Shown piece by piece: positions 1-10,033 of a DNA stretch of 64,000 nucleotides; within the stretch, counting starts at the first letter, position 1; the number at the start of each line of letters is the position of its first letter. Source of the stretch: a virus; IMG/VR virus record IMGVR_UViG_3300045988_122718, positions 91,170 to 155,169 of that record. One strand, written 5' to 3'. A program made the position numbers and the translations under genes. A model generated the notes under the pieces. That model ran no database searches. It had not been told where the DNA came from and saw only the letters and a list, made by a program, of their open reading frames with translations.

Positions 1-452
1 TGTGCTTTCATATGAATAAACTGTTTCATCTCTGCCCTATTTCTAGCAAAGAAATCTTCCACAGAATCTCCACGATACAAAGCACGGTCTAGACGAACTT
101 CTGTAGGTACATTGATATAAATAGAACATAGGTCAATATCTTCAAGTCCCAGACTTTCTAGTGTTTCAAGCCCTGCTGGGTCGATGATATAAATATCATT
201 ATTATAAATTTGCTCAATTGTCGTCCAATAGTGGGACCCGTTAATTTCAGTATAAGCAGCCAAATTATCCTTCATTTGCTCATAAAAGGCATCGTCTACA
301 AAAATATGCGTGTCTCCTTCATTTGCACGACGAGGGCGAGTTGTATAGCTGATAATCTTTTTTAGACTAGTATCTTCACATAGTCTATTCACCAAAGTAT
401 CTTTACCAGCACCAGTTTCAGCCATAATGCAAAACAACTTATGATTACTCAT
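1..452 (-). CDS. Guanylate kinase-like nucleoside kinase (partial, runs off window)
   Basis: Minus-strand translation MSNHKLFCIMAETGAGKDTLVNRL...SYTTRPRRANEGDTHIF; P-loop and guanylate-kinase-like SYTTRPRR.NEG motif. Confidence 0.75.
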   Translation of the reverse strand, partial: MSNHKLFCIMAETGAGKDTLVNRLCEDTSLKKIISYTTRPRRANEGDTHIFVDDAFYEQMKDNLAAYTEINGSHYWTTIEQIYNNDIYIIDPAGLETLESLGLEDIDLCSIYINVPTEVRLDRALYRGDSVEDFFARNRAEMKQFIHMKA

Positions 453-770
453 ATGTCTTCTCCTCTTCTTCTCCAAACTTCGGTGTCTCTACCTCATGGT
501 CAATAGCCTTCTGACAGAAGTCAAGAACCTTCTTTACGGTTCTGCGCATATCGGCCATAGTGCGCTTACCAGGCTTATTCAGTTCCGCATTGATAATGTT
601 AGCAATAGTTACCGCCATAGTACGTGCGCCAAGCAAAAGTGCCTGTGTACGAATCTTTTCTACAACGTCTGTTACCTTATCCTTGAACTCATCCTTCTTC
701 CCATCGGCAATATCGTTATCTACAATGACATCCTCATTTTCATTTACGACATTAATGTTTTCGTCCATTA
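445..770 (-). CDS. Hypothetical protein; likely start is MDENINVV
   Basis: ORF in track; internal ATG follows GGAGG-like RBS and leader element. Confidence 0.6.
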
Positions 771-784
771 CTTTTCCTCCTTCA

Positions 785-829
785 TTAATTTTGTACTGTA
801 AGTATAACACCACTTGCAATATTTGTCAA
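785..829 (-). promoter_or_regulatory. Sigma70-like promoter plus conserved leader ACAGTACAAAATTAA
   Basis: Sense: TTGACAAATATTGCAAGTGGTGTTATACTTACAGTACAAAATTAA. Confidence 0.75.
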
Positions 830-2775
830 GAGGGATTTTTAATCATATTTAAGAAATCTTCTTCGTTGATGATAGGGATTCTTAAATCTATTGCCTTCTT
901 GTTTTTGCCACTTGTACTATTCTTATCGTTGTTGATTAGGTAGTCTGTCTTCTTGCTTACACTAGACACATACTTGCCGCCATTATATTCAATAACTTTA
1001 ACAAGCGTATCTCTATTGGCATAATGAATAAGGTTGCCAGTAATACAAAAACTTTTACCGTCAAGACTAGCACTAGAAATTGCACCATCATCAACAATAA
1101 AGTTTACTTCCATAGGCAACAATTCTACCATTGAGTCTTTACTATGCCACCAATCGTGCAATGACTTATTAGTAATCTCGCCGAAATCATCAATCTGAGA
1201 AAAATCATAGTTATCATTAGCTAATGCCATTATAAAATCATAGTGATTACCATTAAATTTTTTGCTAATAGCCTTTGCTGCAGATAGACCAATATTAGGA
1301 ATACCTAATGCTGCAATAAAATTCTCTAGCTTTACATCTCTACTTTTTTCTATACTATTTAATAGATTTTCAACGGACTTTTTGCCCATTCCATCTAAGG
1401 TGCACAGTTTACCCACATGCTCCTTTAAATGATAAATATCGCGGAAATTCTTTACTAAATTATTAGAAATTAGGAGCGATAATGTCTTCTCCGATAGCCC
1501 ATCAATATTCATGCATTTACGACTTACAAAGTGAGTGAATCGAGCCAACTTCTTTGCGGGACAATCTGGATTAGTACACATTAGCACCTTACTATTATCT
1601 GTATACTTAACCTCTGTAGGATAGCCACAACATTGGCAGGTAGTAGGAATCTTTAACGTATTGCTGCGAGTTAGATTATCGTCAATTTTAGGAATAACCA
1701 TGTTTGAACGATACACCGTAATATTATCTCCAATACCAAGCTCAAGTTGCTCAATAATGGAAAGGTTGTGAAGTGTAGCTCTTGTAGTCAAGGCTCCGTC
1801 TAGGTCAACCTCATCGAAAACGGCTACTGGAGCAATAATTCCGGTTCTTGTCGTATTCCACTCAACATCTCTTAGTACCGTTTCATAAGTTTCATCACCG
1901 AACTTAAATGCGTAAGCTGCATTGCTATGATGTGATGTTGTCCCAAGGCTTTCGCCATACTTAATATCATCAAAACGTCCAACCAACCCATCAATTGGAT
2001 ATCCAAGCTTTTTAGCCTTATTGACCAAAAACTCCTTTGCATCCCAATCAAAAGAACTAGTCCACGGAACAACAGTAAAACCTAACTCATCAATAAGTAC
2101 TAACTTACGCAAGAAGCTATTTTCATTATCAAAACCTTTGATTGCATTCCAAGCCACAAAAGTTAGAGGTCTCTTTGCGCATTCATTTGAATCAAGTAAT
2201 CTGATACTTCCAGAGGCAAAGTTTCTCGGATTCTTATACTCTGTAGAGAATGGCTCAAAGTCATCATATGTGCAGATAATCTCACCATCAATAATGAGTT
2301 CATCCTTATATGGAATCTTATGTGGAACTGTTTTTACAGTTTTAATGTTGTGAAAAATATCTTCTCCAATTTCTCCATTACCACGAGTTTCTGCTGATAT
2401 TAGTTCGCCGTCAATGTATCTTATACTGCAAGTAAGGCCATCCATCTTTAGCATTCCTATAACATCTTTACTACCAAAGTATCTAATAAATTCATTCCAA
2501 TCTTTAGTCTTTGCCAAAGATAGCATGGGGTGGTTATGAGTGACCTTCTGTAGTTCAGACTTTACTTCATACCCAACTTTATGCGTAGGCGATGCCATCA
2601 TAACAAATCCAGTCTCCTGCTCTAGAGAACGAAGTTCTTCTAGAAGTGCATCAAACTCATAATCCTCCATAATTGTATTACCAGTATTATAATAAGCATC
2701 CGCTGCCTTATTAAGCAATTCTGTTAATTCTTTAATTCTACCAATTTTCTCCAATACTTGATCCCTCCCATTCAA
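826..2775 (-). CDS. ligA: NAD-dependent DNA ligase with C-terminal BRCT
   Basis: MLKMDGLTCSIRY (KxDG), C4 zinc finger CQCCGYPT..CTNPDCPAKK, HhH region and BRCT-like C terminus; true start may be a downstream TTG after GGGAGG. Confidence 0.95.
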   Translation of the reverse strand: MNGRDQVLEKIGRIKELTELLNKAADAYYNTGNTIMEDYEFDALLEELRSLEQETGFVMMASPTHKVGYEVKSELQKVTHNHPMLSLAKTKDWNEFIRYFGSKDVIGMLKMDGLTCSIRYIDGELISAETRGNGEIGEDIFHNIKTVKTVPHKIPYKDELIIDGEIICTYDDFEPFSTEYKNPRNFASGSIRLLDSNECAKRPLTFVAWNAIKGFDNENSFLRKLVLIDELGFTVVPWTSSFDWDAKEFLVNKAKKLGYPIDGLVGRFDDIKYGESLGTTSHHSNAAYAFKFGDETYETVLRDVEWNTTRTGIIAPVAVFDEVDLDGALTTRATLHNLSIIEQLELGIGDNITVYRSNMVIPKIDDNLTRSNTLKIPTTCQCCGYPTEVKYTDNSKVLMCTNPDCPAKKLARFTHFVSRKCMNIDGLSEKTLSLLISNNLVKNFRDIYHLKEHVGKLCTLDGMGKKSVENLLNSIEKSRDVKLENFIAALGIPNIGLSAAKAISKKFNGNHYDFIMALANDNYDFSQIDDFGEITNKSLHDWWHSKDSMVELLPMEVNFIVDDGAISSASLDGKSFCITGNLIHYANRDTLVKVIEYNGGKYVSSVSKKTDYLINNDKNSTSGKNKKAIDLRIPIINEEDFLNMIKNPS

Positions 2776-2809
2776 TTTTTGTCATATATCCACATCTTAA
2801 AGTATATTT

Positions 2810-3211
2810 TTAAATCCCCAATACTACAAATGCAACCCAGGTGATAAGGATTTGTGCCAAATGATTTAATTGGTCTTGTACCAAGCTTATCTTCTTTAAG
2901 TTTGCTTTTGAATTATCAACAACCATATGAATGCATAAATTAGTTAAAAAGACTAATGCAATTGCCAATGATGCATTATTTATATTTGTTGTGGTAATCA
3001 ATGTATATACAGATGGAACAAGCATAATCATAAATGCCCAGCTAAAACTATGCATAAATAATGCCATAATATAATCATGCTTATATAGTTTGTCTGGTGC
3101 ATTTTGTTCCCAATAGCTTTTCTGTTTTGCTGACGCTAACCATCCTTGCAAATAATAATCATCAACAATATGTAGAAAAATCATCATCAATAATAGTAAA
3201 ATTTTATACAT
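2810..3211 (-). CDS. DUF3307-like membrane protein
   Basis: HIVDDYYLQGWLA..WEQNAPDKLYKHDYIMALFMHSFSWAFMI; hydrophobic helices. Confidence 0.55.
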   Translation of the reverse strand: MYKILLLLMMIFLHIVDDYYLQGWLASAKQKSYWEQNAPDKLYKHDYIMALFMHSFSWAFMIMLVPSVYTLITTTNINNASLAIALVFLTNLCIHMVVDNSKANLKKISLVQDQLNHLAQILITWVAFVVLGI

Positions 3212-3238
3212 ATATCCTCGCCTTTTGAAATTCTATTT

Positions 3239-3460
3239 TTAATTATCAGAAACATAATGATCATTATGACTAAATCTTGCACACGATTCACATTTATATT
3301 TCTTATCTTCCAAATGAAGACATCCGAAGCATCCTTTATGTTGTTCTTCCCATTCATTTACTGCTCTAGTAGCCAATTGAATAACTTTCATCTCATGAGC
3401 GTCAAAACAAAAATCTTGTTCATTAATAATATCTGTAAATTCTTTTGCTAACTTACCCAT
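3239..3460 (-). CDS. Small Cys-rich hypothetical protein
   Basis: CFGCLHLEDKKYKCESCARF; packed minus-strand ORF. Confidence 0.5.
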   Translation of the reverse strand: MGKLAKEFTDIINEQDFCFDAHEMKVIQLATRAVNEWEEQHKGCFGCLHLEDKKYKCESCARFSHNDHYVSDN

Positions 3461-3469
3461 ATGCTTACC

Positions 3470-3799
3470 TCAATTTATTTTCTCTCTCAATTCATTTACA
3501 GAATATACTAGCTCGTTGATTTTATCAATCAATTTCCTACCAGTTAGAACTTGATATCCATTGATATAAGATTCTTCGTAAGTCAGTTTCTCAATCTTCT
3601 TAACTTCAGGCTTTGTAAAATCGTACTTGCCGATATGATTATAATTGCCCGTTTCAATGCCAATAATGCTATAATCTCCTACCTTGTAACCGTCTGATGG
3701 TGTGGTGCATCGCCACCACAATTCCTTATTATCGCTTACATAGCCAGTCGCACCACCCTTTGTTTCAACATAGTCGCCTACATGAAATTCATATTTCAT
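3470..3799 (-). CDS. Hypothetical protein
   Basis: ORF with RBS-like sequence, co-directional. Confidence 0.5.
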   Translation of the reverse strand: MKYEFHVGDYVETKGGATGYVSDNKELWWRCTTPSDGYKVGDYSIIGIETGNYNHIGKYDFTKPEVKKIEKLTYEESYINGYQVLTGRKLIDKINELVYSVNELREKIN

Positions 3800-3811
3800 T
3801 TAATTTCCTCC

Positions 3812-4027
3812 TTAAATTCCAATCATCTCATCAATGCCCACGACTGGTTTTCTCATATAATCCTTAAAGCTCATAAAAAACTGGCACTTATCCGTTCCAT
3901 TACATACTCCTTCTGGTCTTGCAAATGTGCATACATAACCATCAGGATTCCACCATGTGGCATCTTCATGTACTAACCAGGGACAATCGTCTCTATCTTT
4001 TGGCATATCGTCAACTAATATTTTCAT
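3812..4027 (-). CDS. Hypothetical protein
   Basis: Co-directional ORF with GAGGA-type upstream sequence. Confidence 0.5.
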   Translation of the reverse strand: MKILVDDMPKDRDDCPWLVHEDATWWNPDGYVCTFARPEGVCNGTDKCQFFMSFKDYMRKPVVGIDEMIGI

Positions 4028-4029
4028 AT

Positions 4030-4248
4030 TTAATCCTCACATTGATATTTTGGTGATAGGTTACACATATCTCTTATACCATTGCATTTACATTCGCTCT
4101 TATTTTTCTCATCGAAATGTTCTCTCATAAGCTTAACCCAGTTTTCCAAATCTTTTCTAGTCATCCAATCAACATCAAAATCCTGTGGTAACACAATTAG
4201 ATTTGGATATTTTTTTCTGAAGGTGCTTTGCGAAATTGTATACTTCAT
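4030..4248 (-). CDS. Small hypothetical protein, overlaps preceding gene by 74 nt
   Basis: ORF in track. Confidence 0.4.
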   Translation of the reverse strand: MKYTISQSTFRKKYPNLIVLPQDFDVDWMTRKDLENWVKLMREHFDEKNKSECKCNGIRDMCNLSPKYQCED

Positions 4249-4483
4249 CTAAATTATATTCAGTTGTAAATCTAAATACTGGAGTCTTATCCATTAAGAA
4301 ATCAACCTTATTCTCAAGGTCTCTTCCGCACCAAGGGCAGTAACTAATGTATTCCTTTTGATACACCCAGTCGTCACTGTAGCTATCCCATTCTGACGTT
4401 GGAATATCAAGAAAATATTCATGCGTCAAAGGTTCAAAGAAAATTTCGCACTCATTGGATGTTGAATCACAATATTTACACAT
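4175..4483 (-). CDS. Small zinc-ribbon protein
   Basis: CKYCDSTSNECEIFFEPL...YCPWCGRDLE. Confidence 0.55.
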   Translation of the reverse strand: MCKYCDSTSNECEIFFEPLTHEYFLDIPTSEWDSYSDDWVYQKEYISYCPWCGRDLENKVDFLMDKTPVFRFTTEYNLDEVYNFAKHLQKKISKSNCVTTGF

Positions 4484-4484
4484 A

Positions 4485-4706
4485 TTAGTCCTCCTTAAGT
4501 TCTCTACCGCACATTGGACAATAGTTAATTCTCATTGACCTAGTGTAATAATAGTCGTCACAAGATAAATACAAATATGTACTATTGCCATTTCGATAAA
4601 TTATATCGCTCTCATCCCAATTGTAATACTTATTGTCTTTATAAGTTTCAAGGCTATCCCAAATCTTATCACAAAAATCGCACATATTAATTCTCCATAT
4701 TTGCAA
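4485..4706 (-). CDS. Small zinc-ribbon protein
   Basis: CDFCDKIW...YCPMCGRELKE; related in layout to 4175..4483. Confidence 0.55.
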   Translation of the reverse strand: MQIWRINMCDFCDKIWDSLETYKDNKYYNWDESDIIYRNGNSTYLYLSCDDYYYTRSMRINYCPMCGRELKED

Positions 4707-5007
4707 CTAGGAAATCATACACGTCTCCCCAATTATTAATTACAACAGAATAACCGCCGATCTCAATATCACCAAGCTTAAACTTATGTAGCCAATCACA
4801 CTCCCAAATAAAGTAACCTAGCCAGTCATTCTCCTTGTCGTTGAAAATCTCACTCAGAACATCTGTCGTAATGTTGAAAGCGTCGCAAATATAAAAGCTA
4901 CCAAAATCTTCACAAAGACCACGCATTGCTCTGTCCGCCACATCCATTCTGTTGCTCAAATCCTCAAGACGCTCGATAGTCTTGATAAAAGTTTCCTTAG
5001 AAATCAT
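4687..5007 (-). CDS. Hypothetical protein
   Basis: Co-directional ORF. Confidence 0.5.
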   Translation of the reverse strand: MISKETFIKTIERLEDLSNRMDVADRAMRGLCEDFGSFYICDAFNITTDVLSEIFNDKENDWLGYFIWECDWLHKFKLGDIEIGGYSVVINNWGDVYDFLVANMEN

Positions 5008-5011
5008 ATAA

Positions 5012-5353
5012 TCACTCCTTAATATTTAGTTTATATCCAAGCTCTTTTTCTAGCTGTTTCTTTGACATCTCTCGTTCAATCACTTCAAATGTTGCCCACT
5101 TATTATCTACTGCAAAAATATCAAACTTGGTTATAATCCTCTGTTTATAACCAAAATAATCATATTCCTCATCCTCTTTTTCTTGCATAACTTTCGAGAA
5201 AGTTAATCCGATTTTAGGGAAATGGACTTTGCATTTGCTACCATCTGTAGCATAAAAAGTACCAATATAATCAAGATAAGGCACGCCGTCTTCAATATAA
5301 ATCTTTACATCGGTTGGGCATACATCACTACTAATAATTGGAGTGTATTTCAT
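5012..5353 (-). CDS. Hypothetical protein
   Basis: Co-directional ORF. Confidence 0.5.
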   Translation of the reverse strand: MKYTPIISSDVCPTDVKIYIEDGVPYLDYIGTFYATDGSKCKVHFPKIGLTFSKVMQEKEDEEYDYFGYKQRIITKFDIFAVDNKWATFEVIEREMSKKQLEKELGYKLNIKE

Positions 5354-5356
5354 TAT

Positions 5357-6088
5357 TTAACACAATCCCTTCCGTTTATTCAGCCAATCACAATACTTCT
5401 GGCATTCTTCCTTGGATGTAAACCCAATCTTTTTCCCATACCTAAGTTGTTCATGCTTCTCAATAACATCATCACGGAACTTATCATACACAAACTAAAT
5501 TCCAAAGTCCGCAGAAGAATAATCTCCCCATCTATCACTTCCAATGCTTTGATAGCTTGCATCAAGCCGATAATATCTTTCGGATTGATAATTGCTATTC
5601 TTAATTTTATATATCAATGTATCAATCCATGTTTCTTCGGGTTCATACCAATAATCTGGCTGTGAACATGTACACTGTTTACTTGTGGTTGTACCATCAG
5701 GCCAAGTCAAAACCCACTTTCTATCGGCATTACATTTATCACATTTAGGCTTTTCATGAGGCTTATTATTTGCAAACCAAAGCTGAGACTTTTCAAGCAC
5801 GTCCTTAAATAAGTCATTTATGGCAGTCTTGTAAAATTCTTTTTCTACTTCTCTGTGAAGATTTTGCGCTTTGTATTCCAAAGCACTTTCTTTTCTTGAT
5901 ACTTCTTGTGCTTTATCTTCAAGTTCTTTATTGCGCTTCTCAAGATATTCATTGCGACTTTTAAGAAATTCCATATCATTTTTTAAGGAAATTTTTGCTG
6001 CATCAACAAGTTTTGATTTCAGTTCATCAAAAAGTTCATCTGCTTCTGAAGGTTCCCATACAGGTTCATCATAATCCCAATAACTCAT
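5357..6088 (-). CDS. Coiled-coil/zinc-motif protein with in-frame TAG at 5495..5497 (annotated ORF is 5495..6088)
   Basis: ORF ...GDYSSADFGI* then, in the same frame, FVYDKFRDDVIEKHEQLRYGKKIGFTSKEECQKYCDWLNKRKGLC* ending just before the next gene. Confidence 0.5.
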
Positions 6089-6194
6089 TTAATCCCTCTT
6101 TTCTTTGCGATTGCTCTCATTGCATATCTGGCACCATATTTGCCATACTTCTTTCTACAGCTCCAATAAATCATCCAATATAAGTTAGAATGTC

Positions 6195-6467
6195 TCATAC
6201 GCCATCCCTACTCTTGTCGTGCAAAGGATCTGTTGGAATAAAGTCTTTATAATTATTTGAATGTCTGCAATCATTATATTCGCAATCTTGTTCACAACCA
6301 TACACATAATATGAATTGTCGCAATAATCACAAACATTTCCACAATTAAACATAATCAAACATTTAATTCTATCTACTGTAGACATATGAGACACTTCAC
6401 ACATCTTACATTCTTTAGGGCTTTTAAATTCTCGTCCACAAGTATCACACTTATAAATGGTAGTCAT
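6195..6467 (-). CDS. Small Cys-rich (zinc) protein
   Basis: CDTCGREFKSPKECKMCEV. Confidence 0.5.
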   Translation of the reverse strand: MTTIYKCDTCGREFKSPKECKMCEVSHMSTVDRIKCLIMFNCGNVCDYCDNSYYVYGCEQDCEYNDCRHSNNYKDFIPTDPLHDKSRDGV

Positions 6468-6663
6468 AATTTCACCTCAAATTAGTCTCTCAACATAGTT
6501 TCTATCTTGAGTAAAGATAGGAATTTCATTATATAAATCTTGCATCATTGTAGGCTGTAGCCTATCATTGGTACGTTTTGTATAATTTTTAGAACCAACA
6601 AATGTTGCACTACACCCAGCTAGACAAAAAACAAGAAATACAGTTAGAATCAATGTAATAATT

Positions 6664-7212
6664 TTATTTCACATTAGTCTTGCTCCTTTCAATAATTTCA
6701 TCAAGTGTTCTGGGCTGATACTGCATCCAAGACATCATGCAGCCAATATTAATAATATTACCGCAGCTATCACTATTTGTTTGTTTGCTATCCTTTAGCT
6801 CCTTCGTCCACTTTTCAACAAAATCCTGCTCTCTTGTTACATGAGTGTGTCCGTGCAGCATGTAGCAGTTCGGATTATAAGATGCTTTATAACACATAAT
6901 TGGATAATGGCACATAATCACATGTCTCCCACAATCTGTAATTTCTTTATAATCAACTGCTTCTACGATATGTTTCTTAACTTCAGATGGATAATCCTTC
7001 AAATCATGATTGCCTTTGATGATATGAATATTGCCATTTAGCAGCTTTAGATACTTAATCCAATCATCTTTCTTGCCCCAGCAAAAATCTCCAAGATGAT
7101 ACACATGGTCTGTATTGCTTACAACGGAATTCCAATTGTTAATTAGTGCTTCATCCATCTCATCAATTGTTCCAAACGGTCTGTTATCAAATCTGATAAC
7201 ATTTTTATGCAT
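6664..7212 (-). CDS. Calcineurin-like metallophosphoesterase
   Basis: HVYHLGDFCWG...IIKGNHDLKDYP...IMCHYP..MLHGHTH. Confidence 0.85.
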   Translation of the reverse strand: MHKNVIRFDNRPFGTIDEMDEALINNWNSVVSNTDHVYHLGDFCWGKKDDWIKYLKLLNGNIHIIKGNHDLKDYPSEVKKHIVEAVDYKEITDCGRHVIMCHYPIMCYKASYNPNCYMLHGHTHVTREQDFVEKWTKELKDSKQTNSDSCGNIINIGCMMSWMQYQPRTLDEIIERSKTNVK

Positions 7213-7269
7213 TAAGTGCCTTCAACTAATGAAGGTCAGAAATATAGAAAATCTGACTCATAGATAACA

Positions 7270-7500
7270 TCACGCTCCTTTCTTTGGTCTTCCACGCTTT
7301 TTCTTTACTGGTTTATCTTCAATTTCTACAGTTTCAATCTTTGGAGCCTCTGGCATATTCATCCAATATACAACTTTAAGATATGTAGCAAATTTTTTAT
7401 TTCCAAGATACATTGCTGACTTTACGACTCCAGTATCACTACAAATAATTACGTCCTGGTATTTCTCAGGCCATTTATCATTAATATTAATCCAATCCAT
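7270..7500 (-). CDS. DUF551-like small protein with AT-hook-like tail
   Basis: W..INDKWPEKYQDVII...KKKRGRPKKGA. Confidence 0.5.
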   Translation of the reverse strand: MDWININDKWPEKYQDVIICSDTGVVKSAMYLGNKKFATYLKVVYWMNMPEAPKIETVEIEDKPVKKKRGRPKKGA

Positions 7501-7509
7501 TTCTACCTC

Positions 7510-7710
7510 TTAATACCACGAACCCTTTTTACGATAACAAACCTTTGTGTATTCCTCATAGCCCGCTTCTACTTCATAATTAATATAATAGTCACACGCA
7601 TCTTCTACTTTCTGCTTAATCTCTTCGTCCGTAGCATCATCTGGAACATAAAATTCAAAATCATGATGACCTAGTGCTCTAACGTCAATACAACCGGTTA
7701 CTTTTAGCAT
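7510..7710 (-). CDS. Hypothetical protein
   Basis: Co-directional ORF. Confidence 0.45.
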   Translation of the reverse strand: MLKVTGCIDVRALGHHDFEFYVPDDATDEEIKQKVEDACDYYINYEVEAGYEEYTKVCYRKKGSWY

Positions 7711-8009
7711 GTTTGTTCTCCTTCATTATTCATAATTTCATATTCATGATCAATTGCTTCTCGCATTGTAGAAAACATCTTTTCATCAGAAGTCATATAT
7801 TCTGCATGAAGAATCTGAATCCTCTTTGCGGCCTTATTGCGACTAGTTTCAGATGGATCAATAGGATATAGCTTTGTAACATTAGTTGTATACCAATTCT
7901 CTCCGTCATAATATGTGGCAATAGAAGTAGTTCCATTTACTCCTACAGAAATATTATATACGGAAACTACTTTATCATTTTTCTTTAGTTTCATCTGGAT
8001 AGGGTACAT
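7704..8009 (-). CDS. Hypothetical protein
   Basis: Co-directional ORF after leader element. Confidence 0.45.
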   Translation of the reverse strand: MYPIQMKLKKNDKVVSVYNISVGVNGTTSIATYYDGENWYTTNVTKLYPIDPSETSRNKAAKRIQILHAEYMTSDEKMFSTMREAIDHEYEIMNNEGEQTC

Positions 8010-8030
8010 ATTTGTTCCTCCTTTAATTTT

Positions 8031-8077
8031 GTACTGTAATTATATCATATACTACTCATTTGTCAAGTTGGTATATT
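8031..8077 (-). promoter_or_regulatory. Sigma70-like promoter plus conserved leader
   Basis: Sense: TTGACAAATGAGTAGTATATGATATAATTACAGTACAAAATTAAAGGAGG. Confidence 0.8.
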
Positions 8078-8114
8078 GCATAAAAGGTACGGCAAAAATG
8101 CCATACCTAATTGG

Positions 8115-9026
8115 TTAATGTGCATAGATATCTGCAGCATGAAGCAAACAAATATCGTTAAATAAAGTTTCGCCAAGTAGATTTCTATCTTTCTGCATAG
8201 CTTTCTCTGACTGCCTCCATGCGAGATAAGGTCTCATATGCCACTGAATAAGTTGTGCTACATATAAATGTCTATCTATGCCGCTAAAGAACAAGCTATC
8301 GTATGACCCACAAAATTGGTGATTGTAATAATGACATTCATTTGTCTGTTCGCCCTTACTATTGATATATGTTGCCGATTTAATCTTACCACAATCGTGA
8401 ATTAGTGCTGCGGTTCTGATTTCCCAGAACGGAACTGGTCTTGAGTTCAAGTATTCGAATGTTTTAAGACAATGCCCTCCAAGTGTTAACGAATGGTGGC
8501 TATTGTGCTGCTCATAATCCATAACGGACTCAACCCAATCACTTGCATCTCCATAGCTTCCTTCTGCACCTTCTGAATATACAATTTGAATATTGTCCCA
8601 ACCCTCATACCAATACGGAGTGTTCCAGTTCATATACATACGCTTAATGACATGTTCTGGGACTTTACGCTCACGCTGTGTGTTACGCTCAAGACAAACC
8701 TCATAAGGTGTTGCCATAAGAACTGCAATCTTTTCACAAGGTATTTTGCTGAGAGACTTTAGGAATTCTATGCGCTTCTTATAATTTATATTAGTTGCGT
8801 CCATAATTGCACTCTTACCAGAAGCAAGACACGCTCTAATGCGCTTATGTAGTTCTTTGAATAAAGCATCGTTGTCTGCTTGATGATTCACATCTCCAAA
8901 CATTTCTTCTCTAAGTGAGTCACTAGAGAAGATTTCTGCATTATATTCTGTTGCAAGTTTTTTGGCTTGTTCACTTTTACCACTAGCAGGAAGTCCTATA
9001 CAACAAATAAATTTTGTCATGATCAT
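8115..9026 (-). CDS. P-loop (polynucleotide-kinase-like) domain fused to HD domain
   Basis: CIGLPASGKSEQAKKL...MDATNINYKKR..; HSLTLGGHCLKTFEYL..AALIHDCGK...HYYNH. Confidence 0.8.
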   Translation of the reverse strand: MIMTKFICCIGLPASGKSEQAKKLATEYNAEIFSSDSLREEMFGDVNHQADNDALFKELHKRIRACLASGKSAIMDATNINYKKRIEFLKSLSKIPCEKIAVLMATPYEVCLERNTQRERKVPEHVIKRMYMNWNTPYWYEGWDNIQIVYSEGAEGSYGDASDWVESVMDYEQHNSHHSLTLGGHCLKTFEYLNSRPVPFWEIRTAALIHDCGKIKSATYINSKGEQTNECHYYNHQFCGSYDSLFFSGIDRHLYVAQLIQWHMRPYLAWRQSEKAMQKDRNLLGETLFNDICLLHAADIYAH

Positions 9027-9217
9027 ATCAATGTCTCTCCATTTTTATCCAAGTATATTTTCCATGGTTTTATCGAAACAAGTTCTTCGTCTTCTACTGT
9101 TAATTTTCCATCTAAAAATAGCTTTTTCGCCATTTTTCTTGCCTCTTTCATATTATTTGCGTCTACACAAACTTCATAAACGACACTAGTGTAAACATCA
9201 AAAACATAAGTTCCCAT
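9023..9217 (-). CDS. Hypothetical protein
   Basis: Co-directional ORF. Confidence 0.45.
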   Translation of the reverse strand: MGTYVFDVYTSVVYEVCVDANNMKEARKMAKKLFLDGKLTVEDEELVSIKPWKIYLDKNGETLI

Positions 9218-10026
9218 TACTCACCAATCTCTTTCTTAATTGCGATTCTCATAATTTCATACTGCACATCATCCAATAGTGTATTGATGGTTTCATCAAT
9301 ACTCCATTCACCTTTTAAAAATTCATCACACATTTCGTCAATGTGTTCAATTGACTTTTTGGCTACAACTCTTGCTGCATCTAAATCAAAAGACGCTCCA
9401 AGCTTTACTTGCTTGAGAAAATCTGGCATTTTCGACTGTAGGCATCTTTCGTAAGACTCTCCATTAATATATCTCTCAATATACTCTTCTACACGCAATA
9501 GATGATGCAGTTGTTTTGGGTCGTAAAGATATTTATTAATCCATTCCATACGAGATGGATAATGATGTTCCATTGCAAAATACTTTTCTTTAGCAATACC
9601 TCGCATAGATTTAATGGCTTGAACAGGAGAATAATGTGTAATATCTTCTCTGGCATCAATAAATCTATTCCATTGATTCTCATACATGGGATTGAGAATC
9701 TTATATGGCGTGAATAAGATTTCTAAAAAATTCAAATTCTGCTTTCTGAACGTCTGAATATAAAGCCGAATATCTTTCCAATCGGTATGCTCATCATTTG
9801 CACGAATATGAGTTGTGCTGACTGGATTCTTATTCATTGCTATATCTTTGAATGTTGGTGTTACAATTAGTTTAGTATCAACATCTGAGCCTTCATAATC
9901 GAGGCCGTAGTTTCCACTACCTTGATAGAAAATACCAACAATTCTATCCTTTGGAAAGGATTCAAGAGCCTCATTATAGTGCTCTTGAACCCTATCCATA
10001 ATCCATTGATCTGAATGATAATTCAT
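9217..10026 (-). CDS. Predicted nucleotidyltransferase, YcgL/RlaP-like
   Basis: IVGIFYQGSGNYGLDYEGSDVDTKLIV (GS..YG....SDxD nucleotidyltransferase signature). Confidence 0.75.
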   Translation of the reverse strand: MNYHSDQWIMDRVQEHYNEALESFPKDRIVGIFYQGSGNYGLDYEGSDVDTKLIVTPTFKDIAMNKNPVSTTHIRANDEHTDWKDIRLYIQTFRKQNLNFLEILFTPYKILNPMYENQWNRFIDAREDITHYSPVQAIKSMRGIAKEKYFAMEHHYPSRMEWINKYLYDPKQLHHLLRVEEYIERYINGESYERCLQSKMPDFLKQVKLGASFDLDAARVVAKKSIEHIDEMCDEFLKGEWSIDETINTLLDDVQYEIMRIAIKKEIGE

Positions 10027-10033
10027 TTTATCC

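Noticed and set aside
5357-6088. Genome-wide TAG recoding
   Set aside because: The gene at 15223..15666 ends with a TAG directly before the next start codon, other genes checked end normally with TAA/TGA, and no tRNA with a CTA anticodon was found in the array.
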